A DNA stretch of 64,000 nucleotides from Nemertoderma westbladi (lineage: Eukaryota; Animalia; Xenacoelomorpha): positions 143,188 through 207,187 of the forward strand of contig JAUCBJ010000788.1 in assembly GCA_032718475.1 (NCBI GenBank), in the 5' to 3' direction. Below are positions 1 to 8,973 of this stretch, piece after piece (the first letter of the stretch is position 1; each line of letters starts with the position of its first letter). The notes under the pieces are model-generated. The model saw only the letters and a list, made by a program, of their open reading frames with translations. It was not told where the DNA came from and searched no databases. The position numbers and the translations under genes are program-made.

Positions 1-882
1 AAGGGTTCGATCATCGAGAACCAGTACGGCTTGGCTAGGGGTCCGTCGGTTCATCGCAGAGACCCAACCACCTAGGCTTTCTGAGTCCTTATTCAGGCTC
101 GTAGTCGCTTCGGCAGCCGAGAAACTGCTCCGAACAGTCGGTAGGCCAGTAGAGTCCAGTCCTTTGTCTTTCGACCCCGTCGCGTGTCCATCCCACCCCT
201 CACGAACCCCGAAGGGAACGATCATCGAGAACCAGTACGGCTTGGCTAAGGGGTCTGTCGTCGGTTCCCGTCGCAAATCCCTAGTACAAGCAGCCGGCGT
301 TCCGATGTCCTTTTCAGGCTCGTAATAACTGCTGTTGACCAGAGACCGCTAAGTGCAGTCCTCGTCAAACCCTTCCTCTGTAAGTCGGCCGCCCTTTCGC
401 GTGTCCGTCCCACCCCTCGCGAACCCCGAAGGGATCGGTCATCGAGAACCAGTACGGCTTGGCTAAGGGGGCTGTCATTTCCCGTCGCAAATCCCTGACA
501 CAAGCAGCTGGCGTTCCGATGTCCTTTTCAGGCTCGTAATAACTGCTGTTGGCCAGGGACCGCTAAGGGCAGTCCTTGTCCTTTAGGCCTGGCGCGTTAC
601 CAAATCTACCTCTACAGGCAGCAGGAAGTTGGCCAGGGCCTAATAGTACTCAGGCTAACCTGAATACTGCTAAATTTTGTCTCCCACCCCTGGCCCTTAT
701 AAACATGAAATTATTCCCGTACCCTGTAAGTCGCCCCAATATTCGCCCATAAATCGCCCCCAGTTCATAGAGTGTGCCCAAAACCCATGGTCCCGCACCC
801 AGTAGTGATATCGGAATAATCATTTTAAATAAATACAAAAAATATTCAACTCGCGTTATGAAAAGTTGAAATACCGGAAACA
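1..882 (-). repeat. 3' LTR (partial) of the BEL/Pao element
   Basis: Begins TGTTTCCGG on the minus strand right after the PPT. Matches the 5' LTR except for one fewer internal repeat unit and small indels. Confidence 0.93.
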
Positions 883-893
883 GTCCCCCCCAA
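883..893 (-). other. Polypurine tract
   Basis: Minus strand reads TTGGGGGGGAC immediately before the TG start of the 3' LTR. Confidence 0.8.
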
Positions 894-1058
894 TGACCTT
901 CGTGAGGTCTATCGGTAGATTGAGTTTGCGTAGGTCATTCCCAATATAAAAAACCCAAATTTAATATTGCATAGTCTTGATTAATTTGGCCTAGAGTTTA
1001 TATATATATATGTATAAAAATAAATGTTCAATAAATGTTCCTGGAATATCCCGATCCA

Positions 1059-3655
1059 CTATTTCTTTCTCTGATACGCCTTTCGCCTCTTCGCCCATCG
1101 GCTCTCGTCGATTGCTATAGCTGGTAGAGGAGCGTCAACATCCATCGTGAGCAACGCTTCGGCTTGTCTCCTGCCGGCTCTTCCTTTCGATGGCATCGGG
1201 ATCATATCGGTTCATCGTTCCAACTCGGAGTTGCGAGCCTCAAGGAACCACTCTCCGTCACTGAACTCCTCTTTATACAAGTATAAGCGTCTAAGGACTT
1301 TGAATGGGCCGAATAATCCGGCGCTCAGCAACAGATCCACGTAATGGAAAGGCAGCGTGGCCGTCGTGTGGAGGCGTTCCGGGAATGAGAAATACCCGCA
1401 CACCATCTCCTGCGCGATATTCCGAGCGTTTCTCCGAACCTTGGTCTTTATGTGGCTGTTTGCGTATGTTTCAAACATGACCATATTTCCCATAGCGGTA
1501 ACGTCTTTGGTAGGACATTTGATATAGCAGCGGGGGCTAGCGGAATGTCCACGGAAACCGCACGTGGTGCAGAGGTTATATAGGATCGGACAGACGGAAA
1601 CGTCGTGGCCCGATGTCGCGCAGTATGGGCAATAAAGTATCCCGAGGAGCTGGAGGCATGAATCGGTAACCCGATTCCTTCTACCGCATGGGCACTGCTC
1701 CGAACCGCAGTTACCGCACACCTCCAACTGCATCTCTCGACCGGGGAATATCGGAATCGGGACGCCGACGTAATACTCGAGTCGTCGGTCGCTCTTCTGA
1801 ATATTCGCGGTGGTCGGTAGCCCGCGGAAGGCTGGGCTTTGGCGTAGTAGTTCTTCGCTCCGATAACCTTCTTTGTGTCCCGTCGGTCTCAACTCGGACG
1901 ACCGTTTCTGGCGGTGGATCCATTCGGTTTGCTCGGCGTACCAACGGGTTAGTCGCATAGGATCCTGAGGAACGGAGGGTGTAGTAGCCACCGCTGGTCG
2001 GTGAAGAGGTGCCGGGGTTTTCGACCGAGGGATACCGAGGAGATCGTCGGGAGTCGGCGCAGCGCTGGGACCCTTTTCAACCAGTATCGCTGAGCAGGGC
2101 CGTTGGTTGCTGGTACTTGGAATCTCCGAAGACCAGTCTTCGCCACCCAGGGAAAAGATATGGTGATAACCTTTGGCATATATCGCCGAAGTCGCTCAAC
2201 GCGGAGGTGGTGATTAACTCCCTCGCAGGGCTACCGGAGCCGAGTGGGGATAATACGCCTGCTTCCGTCATAGGTTCGGCCGAAGCAATCCGTTTGGCGG
2301 CCGGTTGGTAAGCGGCCTCCGGCTCGAGTTGTCGCTTCGGGGTGGAGAGTAGAACACCCTCATGTAGCCATAGTTCTTCCCCTTCCGAAGAAATCAGAGG
2401 CTCCTCCGCACCGAGAAGATCGGTAATCGTAGGGATGTCATAAGGTCCGCTCTCGTCCCAGGAATCGATAACGGCGAGCGTTTTCGTCTCTCCCGGTGTA
2501 ATGTTCTCGACCGCTTTGAATGCGTGGTTTATAACCTCGTTCCAGTCGTAGTCGACGAAGGAAAGGGGAACCGCCGTAATGAGGTTATCAAGAGTTTTAC
2601 AGATAAACTTAGCGACGGTGTAGCACTCCATAGCGACGTAGATGTAGTTCCGTCGATCGGGATTCTCCCACCTTTGGTGTATCGTCCACTTCCGGTCAAC
2701 GTCCTTCCATCGACCCTCTTGCTCGCTCTTTATTTCTAATCCCGGGTATCATATATTTTATTATAATCCCGGAATTTCTGGGGTTTGAAGTCGATGCCGC
2801 CGTTTAGCACGGCGAGGTAGCCGATCCCGGATTTCGTCAGTCTCACCTCTCGGAATCCTCGCATGAACTTGGCGAATCGTAACCAGGCTAATAGCGTTTG
2901 AGTGTCGACGCAATGGCTAAGGGCGTTGAGGTCGTCTCGTCAGTTTCTTCCTGAAGGAGCGTTCGCGTAGTCGTTCCGGACGTCCACCTTTATATCCAAC
3001 CCGATTTTAATGACGTCGAAGTCGAAGAGGATCTTTTGGATTTCTGGAGGTAGCAACCAGATCGCTCCGGCTGCCTGCACTTCCTGTCTGGGTGTCGGAA
3101 ATATTCGATACACCAATACCAAACCGTCCAGGGTTCCGAGGACGACGACCAAGGATCGACCGTATTCTTTCGCCCCGTATTTTTCTTGGTAGTCGTCGCG
3201 ATTCTGGATGATCGATATACGTTCCTCTCGAAGCGTCGCCGTACACTCCGACAGGTTTCCCCAGTGGGCGAGGTACGTACTCTTGTCGTCGACGAAACTT
3301 TGACATCTCGCCAACGTAATCGCTTTCGAGGTGGGCGTCGCGTTTCCCTCGTTGTCGTAGATCAAACATCGGATCTGTAGACACTTTGCCGGAACGTTTC
3401 CCAGTACGACAACTCGTCCCCTCCGGTAGCCTTTGCGTTCCGAGTTCTTTTCAGTCTCGTACTAGCATTGGCCAACTGGAGGGCTCGTAGATTCCGGGAA
3501 TCCGGTCCCTCTCGCCCGGTGAATTTAACGACTCGCACGTTCTCATTTATCAGGGCGTTCCAATTCGTATCAAAGTTAGGGGATCCAGGTTGCGGATATT
3601 CCAGTAGATCTATCGTATTACGTAATTCGCCGATAATTTGGCGATTTGGGTCCAT
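1059..3655 (-). pseudogene. Disrupted accessory ORF of the retrotransposon: DEDD-type 3'-5' exonuclease-like domain plus CCHC zinc knuckles
   Basis: The ORF pieces tile without gaps. ExoI-like LIYDNEG; LLPPEIQKILFDFDVIKIGLDIKVDVRND (ExoII-like); CVDTQTL; W..YIYVAMECY (ExoIII-like). Later CPYCATSGHDVSVC and CTTCGFRGHSASPRC, ending in basic KRRKAYQRKK. In-frame TGA at 2940 and 1212; frameshifts near 3363, 2750 and 2077-2195. Confidence 0.75.
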
Positions 3656-4207
3656 ATTTACAATTATGTCCGTTGCAAATTATATCAGTTAATTATAAAT
3701 CCAGAAAGTCTGAAACTATAGTGATTGCAGAATAATTCAGTTTATTTTTAGTTCAGTTTATTAAATAACATTGCTATATAGGCATCTATCATCTTATTGC
3801 TAATACATTCAGCATTTACAGTTACTATAGCTATACATTAATATCCAACCAGTTTTTATGACTTTTTATGTCCTTTCTTTTTTCCAATTCTTTTCTTTAG
3901 ACCTTTTTATACCTTTTTTTTGTCTTTTTTCATTTCTCATTATTATTTCATCTCATTTCATTTATTTCAACATATTTCAACACATTTAGTTCCACCATTT
4001 ATTTCACATTTATTTCCACATTTCATTGGGGTTATAGCCCCCCGGCTATCATCATTTGTTATAAGCGCAGCACCAGGGTACGCATCATTACATTTTCATC
4101 ATCATACGTGTCATCATTCAGGTTTATAGTAGAGTTGTCTGATTCTTTTCATCATTTCCAACTATATTCAATCATCTTCTTTGGGAAATCTTTGTCGTGG
4201 AAGGGGT

Positions 4208-4618
4208 GTTACGCGGCAATCTGGGATCTACAGCTGGGCTAGTTACACCGCCTATGCCCCAAACTGCGCACGTAACGGACAATGAAGACGCTGGAAGTGA
4301 AGTCACGTGGATGCACCAGGGACCCACCAGAATAACACTCCCAACAACATAAAGCTCAGTCGACGAAGTCATGTGGGATGGGGTTACGCAACATTCTGGG
4401 ATCTACAGCTGGACTAGTTACACCGCCTACGCCCCAAAATCCACGCAACGGTCCCACCAGAATAATGCGACTGAGAAACATAAAACCCTCTATCGTCGAA
4501 GTCACGTGGATGCACCATGGACCCACCAGAATAACGGGATAGAGGGGGTGTTGCGCGGCAATCCGGGATCTACAGCTGGACTAGTTACACCGCCTACGCC
4601 CCGAACTGCGCACGCAAC
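4208..4618 (-). repeat. Three copies of a ~68-nt hairpin motif, plus a second shorter repeated motif, between pol and the accessory ORF
   Basis: Copies at 4208-4276, 4383-4449 and 4550-4618 share a nearly invariant core (plus strand GGGATCTACAGCTGGRCTAGTTACACCGCCTAYGCCCC) with self-complementary flanks. Confidence 0.85.
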
Positions 4619-4938
4619 GGACAACATAACATACTGCGATGAATACAATGAATTCCACTTCAAATCTTTTCCATTTCCAATAATCCAATAGCGTTGGTCC
4701 CGATGACCAAAATCAGGGTAAACTATACATAAACGACCCTGCGTCAGTCGAAACATCTGCAGGGTGACGCTGGACTCCACATAACACACGAGGAAACACA
4801 AATACCATTGCGTGGTTACAGTTGGTTTAAGGGGGGTCCATTTTCATTGTCGATAAATCACAGTTTAAAAGAGTTTGTCAACATGATGAGAAGGGTTTAC
4901 ACGGGTTTATAATTGTCACCAATGTCTGCAGCAGGATC

Positions 4939-5316
4939 TTAAGTAGGGAACTTATCACCTCTCGTAGAGTCAACACTGTCATTGCCTTCGAGAAGGCACA
5001 GCCTCTGGATAGGGCGTTGGTAGTGGCCCTTTGCCATTCGTATCGTCACAGTCCTCGCAAGTCCGTCTTTGCTCGGGTGTATTGTCACAACTCGCGCCAC
5101 AGGCCAGTGGACGCGGTCTTTAAGGTCTTCTTTTACTAGTACCATGTCGCCAACTTCGACATTCCTGTAGGTGTTGTTCCACTTCCTCCTGGTCCGGAGG
5201 GTTATGAGGTACTCCTGGGCCCAGATTCTCCACCAATGCGCTGCCAACGCTTGGGCCTTCTTCCAGTTTGTATGTCTCGCGATATCGTTGGGATAATGAC
5301 ATGCGGATAGGGACAA
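4939..5316 (-). CDS. pol: Frameshifted C-terminal segment of BEL/Pao pol (DUF5641-like region after integrase)
   Basis: WKKAQALAAHWWRIWAQEYL..VGDMVLVKED..WPVARV..DGLAR..RPIQRLCLL is the typical BEL C-terminus. It is out of frame with the main ORF after an apparent deletion near 5300. Confidence 0.85.
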   Translation of the reverse strand: MSLSACHYPNDIARHTNWKKAQALAAHWWRIWAQEYLITLRTRRKWNNTYRNVEVGDMVLVKEDLKDRVHWPVARVVTIHPSKDGLARTVTIRMAKGHYQRPIQRLCLLEGNDSVDSTRGDKFPT

Positions 5317-8300
5317 TGGGTCGGTTGTTCAGGGTAGCCGTGATCTCGCAGAATGTTGTGCGGAGGGTGTCATGGGTTACCCGGATGTCTCCTAGAGCGA
5401 CGCGCATGGATCGTTTCACTAGGTCGATCAGTTTCTCCCATACCCCGCTCGTATGGGCTGCTAAGGGGGTCTGGAAGTGCCACTGTATCTGGTGTTCCTT
5501 CCAGACTTGGGATGCGGTGTTATCGGTAAACCATCCCTCGATCGCCTCTCTAAGTTCTCTTTCTCCTCCCACAAAGTTTGTGCCATTATCGGAATACATG
5601 TGACGACATGTCCCATTGCTTGCCACGAACCGACGCAGAGCGTTGATGAATGCGTGTTGCGTAAGGTTCACCACAATGTCTAGATAGATTGCCCTAGACC
5701 TAAGGCACGTAAATATGGCCCACCAGCATTTGATGTTGGATCGTCGTTCGATGACCGTAAACGGTCCGAAACAGTCCACTCCGGTGATGTAGAACGGTGG
5801 GGAATCGGGCTGTAGACGGGTGGCTGGTAAGTCGGCCATCTTTTGTGTGAGTGGTGGCGCTAAATATCTTCTGCAGGTAAAGCAACGTTTCAACACTTTC
5901 CGGATCAGTGGCTGGATGTGTGTGATCCAATATCTTTGTCTTATATTAGCTATAATCCAGTTTTGTCCTGCGTGATGGTTTTCCTCGTGACATTGTTGAA
6001 TTAATAGCTTGGCTAGTGTCGAAGTTCCAGGCAGAAGCGCCGGGTATTTAACCTCATATTCGACCGGGGCATTTGCCATCCGGGTATTCAGTCGGATCAG
6101 TCCGTCCTCTCCCATCATTGGTCTCAGTTGGTAGACTGGGCTGTCCGGTTTCAAGGTCTTGCCCGCACTGAGTTGTTCCCACTCATCGGGGAAACTTTCT
6201 CTCTGGACATATCCAACGATACACCTCTCCGCGATAATGAGTTCTTGTATACTCCGTTGAACTATCGGCTTGTTGTCTTTCCACCGTAGGAAGTTGCGAA
6301 GGGTTATAACGTGGTGGATGAGCCGTCTCATTGATGAAGTTCGCTCGATCAACAGATGTAAAGACGCCGCTGGTTGAATGATCGTCGCAACGTTATAGTG
6401 CCTGCCCGAGTCCTTTGCAGGCTCAGTCAGACAACTATAAATTTCCACTGCGTTGCTTCTATGGACTTTACGGATCTCTTTATCGTCCTCGGAGTATTTT
6501 CCGCTATCGAGTTCAGGGTCGAATCGGGTACTCCATGTTAATTGTGGCTGCTGTAGGAATTCCGGGCCTGTAAGCCAGAGTTTACTTTTACCGAGTTGTT
6601 TTGGGGTGGCGCCTCGGCTTGATAAGTCCGCTGGATTTTCTTTCCCGTTTATGTGGTGCCACTGTTCTCGGCCGGTACACTGTTTTATCTCCGTGGCTCG
6701 GTTCTCTACAAACGTAGTGTGACGTCGGGATGGAGAGTGGAGATAGTAGAGAACGATACTCGAATCGACCCAGAAGTGTTGAGATTCGATGGGGATTCGT
6801 AGGTTCCGCATGACCATGCGGTTCTGTCTCACTGCCCAAACTGTAGCCTGTAGCTCGAGTCTTGGAATCGTTGCTACGAATTCCCCGGATACTGTCTTGG
6901 CTTTAGAAAATAAAAAGCTCGTATCGCCGTTTCCGTCGTTGCTTAGTCTTCGTAAGAAGGTGACTACGCCGATTCCGGTATTCGAAGCATCCGAGAAGGT
7001 ATGGAGCTGGAAGATATTGGTGGGTAGTTTATCGAGGAAGAACGGTCGAGGGATCCGCATAAGATGTAGGTGTTCGAGCTGGTCCGTCCATTTTCTCCAT
7101 TTGACGCTGAGGTGTGGGGGGAGTTCTTCATCCCATCCCAGTCCTTCTATCCACATTTCTTTAATCAGGTTCATTCTGGCCAAGGTTACCGGAGATATGA
7201 AATTTAGTGGGTCAAAGATTGTGCTTTTTATCGACAAACATCCCCTTTTCATCATAGGCTTGGGTAGGGGTTTATATTTGAAAATAAATTCGTTTGATTC
7301 TATGTCCCATTCAATACCGAGTACACGGTGTTCCACATCCTCTGAGTACATTTTGTTGTTGTCCAGTCGGATGTCCTCCGGAAACTTTTCCATAAGTTTC
7401 TTGTCGTGGGATCTGAACTTCACGAGTGGGAAACCTCCTTTCTTTAAACATTCTACCATCCCCATTGCTAGCCGATATGCCTCATCCACATTGTCTGCGC
7501 CAGCGCATCCGTCATCCACGTAGAAGCATCGTCGGATGGTTTCTATGACGGTAGGAGGGAACTCGTTTTCGCACATGGTTGCCGTCTTTTTCAGCATGTC
7601 ACTACATGCTACCGGCGAGTCCTTAGTGCCGAAGATCCTGACGATCATACGCATTACGTCTACATCCTTCATTGTAAGTTGACTAATCTCCTGTTGAGTT
7701 AGTATTTTATCCGTCCATAGGATACGTAGACAATCTGAGTCTCTTGGTAGCGTACGAACTTGGTAAAACATGGCTTTGATGTCGCAGGTGAATGCTATCC
7801 GGTTTTCCCTGAACCTGATCAATACGCCAATGAGTGTACTATATATGTTGGGCCCCGTATAAAGCTGACTATTCAGGGATTTGCCTTGATACATAGCAGC
7901 GGCATCATTAACTACTCGGATTTTACCACCCTTCCGGGCTTCTACCACGTAGTGGGTTGGAAGATAATATGTTCTTTTACCCCCTTGCAGTTCATTCCGT
8001 GGTACCATTTCTGCTAATCCGTCGTCGAGATATCCTTGGATTACGGTATTATATTTCTCCTTTATCTCAGGTTGGTCATTCAGCCGGCGTAGAATCCCCT
8101 TAAGTCGCCTAAGGGCCATGTTGGCGTTGTTTGCCATTGGTTTATTTGGGTCCTTCCACAACATGGGGGAACACCAGTGTCCGTCGTTGAACGTGGCCTG
8201 GTCCAGGACGTCCATACAATATCGATCCTCCTCGGACGGGTTTTCGTCCTTTTCAGCGAACTCTTGGGTCTCTAGATTAAAGTATTTAGTCATCTCTTGC

Positions 8301-8932
8301 TGGGTTTTTTCGGTCTCAAGAAATAAATCCTCATCGAGGTCTGTAGCTGAGCAATAACCCACGGATGTTGCATTTTCTTTAATCTGACATTTAGGAAGGT
8401 ATGTATAGGTGTCAGTAGTCTCTTCCTTGATGCCGCAGAGGGTCCATCCCATTATTGTTCGTTCAGCGTAAAAGCCGTCATCCTTCTTTATGGATCGGGC
8501 GACATCTCCGGTTGGTATGTGTAATTCCGGTGTATCAAGTCCGATCAGTAGGGTGATGCGGTTTACGTCCAACTGCGGACACCTCAGATCTACATCGTCT
8601 CGGTCCAATTGTATGAGGGGGGCGTACTCGGCTGATTGTCGGAACCGCACTCGGAGGTCTGTGTGTACCAAGGCGTTCTTGATGGTTAGCTTAACCGTTT
8701 CGTAGCCCTTCATTACTCCTTCCATCTGGAGTTGCACCTCCCCGGACTCTACCTCTCTGTTATTGGTGATGGTTTGTATGGGCCGTTTACAAGGTTCATA
8801 TTCTAGGCCGAGTTGCTCGAGGAAATCCCGGTCGATGATGGTTCCGTCAGACCCGTTATCAAGGAACGCGAGCGTCGTCAGGGATTTGCCGACTCCTTGA
8901 ATCCTTACTGGGATTACCTTTGCGAAGACCAT
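5120..8932 (-). CDS. pol: BEL/Pao Pol polyprotein (protease, RT, RNase H, integrase); frame open upstream to 9067
   Basis: LDNGSD protease; DIKAMFYQ and YVDD RT motifs; FSDAS..RLELQA..VDS..NPADLSSRG RNase H; HHCC zinc finger; integrase D-D-E in GVDCFGP, SDNGTNF and WEKL. Confidence 0.96.
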   Translation of the reverse strand: MVFAKVIPVRIQGVGKSLTTLAFLDNGSDGTIIDRDFLEQLGLEYEPCKRPIQTITNNREVESGEVQLQMEGVMKGYETVKLTIKNALVHTDLRVRFRQSAEYAPLIQLDRDDVDLRCPQLDVNRITLLIGLDTPELHIPTGDVARSIKKDDGFYAERTIMGWTLCGIKEETTDTYTYLPKCQIKENATSVGYCSATDLDEDLFLETEKTQQEMTKYFNLETQEFAEKDENPSEEDRYCMDVLDQATFNDGHWCSPMLWKDPNKPMANNANMALRRLKGILRRLNDQPEIKEKYNTVIQGYLDDGLAEMVPRNELQGGKRTYYLPTHYVVEARKGGKIRVVNDAAAMYQGKSLNSQLYTGPNIYSTLIGVLIRFRENRIAFTCDIKAMFYQVRTLPRDSDCLRILWTDKILTQQEISQLTMKDVDVMRMIVRIFGTKDSPVACSDMLKKTATMCENEFPPTVIETIRRCFYVDDGCAGADNVDEAYRLAMGMVECLKKGGFPLVKFRSHDKKLMEKFPEDIRLDNNKMYSEDVEHRVLGIEWDIESNEFIFKYKPLPKPMMKRGCLSIKSTIFDPLNFISPVTLARMNLIKEMWIEGLGWDEELPPHLSVKWRKWTDQLEHLHLMRIPRPFFLDKLPTNIFQLHTFSDASNTGIGVVTFLRRLSNDGNGDTSFLFSKAKTVSGEFVATIPRLELQATVWAVRQNRMVMRNLRIPIESQHFWVDSSIVLYYLHSPSRRHTTFVENRATEIKQCTGREQWHHINGKENPADLSSRGATPKQLGKSKLWLTGPEFLQQPQLTWSTRFDPELDSGKYSEDDKEIRKVHRSNAVEIYSCLTEPAKDSGRHYNVATIIQPAASLHLLIERTSSMRRLIHHVITLRNFLRWKDNKPIVQRSIQELIIAERCIVGYVQRESFPDEWEQLSAGKTLKPDSPVYQLRPMMGEDGLIRLNTRMANAPVEYEVKYPALLPGTSTLAKLLIQQCHEENHHAGQNWIIANIRQRYWITHIQPLIRKVLKRCFTCRRYLAPPLTQKMADLPATRLQPDSPPFYITGVDCFGPFTVIERRSNIKCWWAIFTCLRSRAIYLDIVVNLTQHAFINALRRFVASNGTCRHMYSDNGTNFVGGERELREAIEGWFTDNTASQVWKEHQIQWHFQTPLAAHTSGVWEKLIDLVKRSMRVALGDIRVTHDTLRTTFCEITATLNNRPIVPIRMSLSQRYRETYKLEEGPSVGSALVENLGPGVPHNPPDQEEVEQHLQECRSWRHGTSKRRP

Positions 8933-8973
8933 GTAACGGCGATTTATAAGATTAATCGTGGCTGAAATATTTG

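Noticed and set aside
1-470. LTR ATGA..GA hairpins as SECIS elements recoding the accessory ORF's TGAs, or as hammerhead ribozymes
   Set aside because: The upper stem is only about 7 bp with a UUCG loop and no AA motif; there is no CUGAUGA/GAAA core; the ORF also has frameshifts, and CGA-to-TGA decay is simpler.
1059-3655. Accessory ORF as an env glycoprotein
   Set aside because: No signal peptide, fusion-protein pattern or transmembrane anchor is visible.
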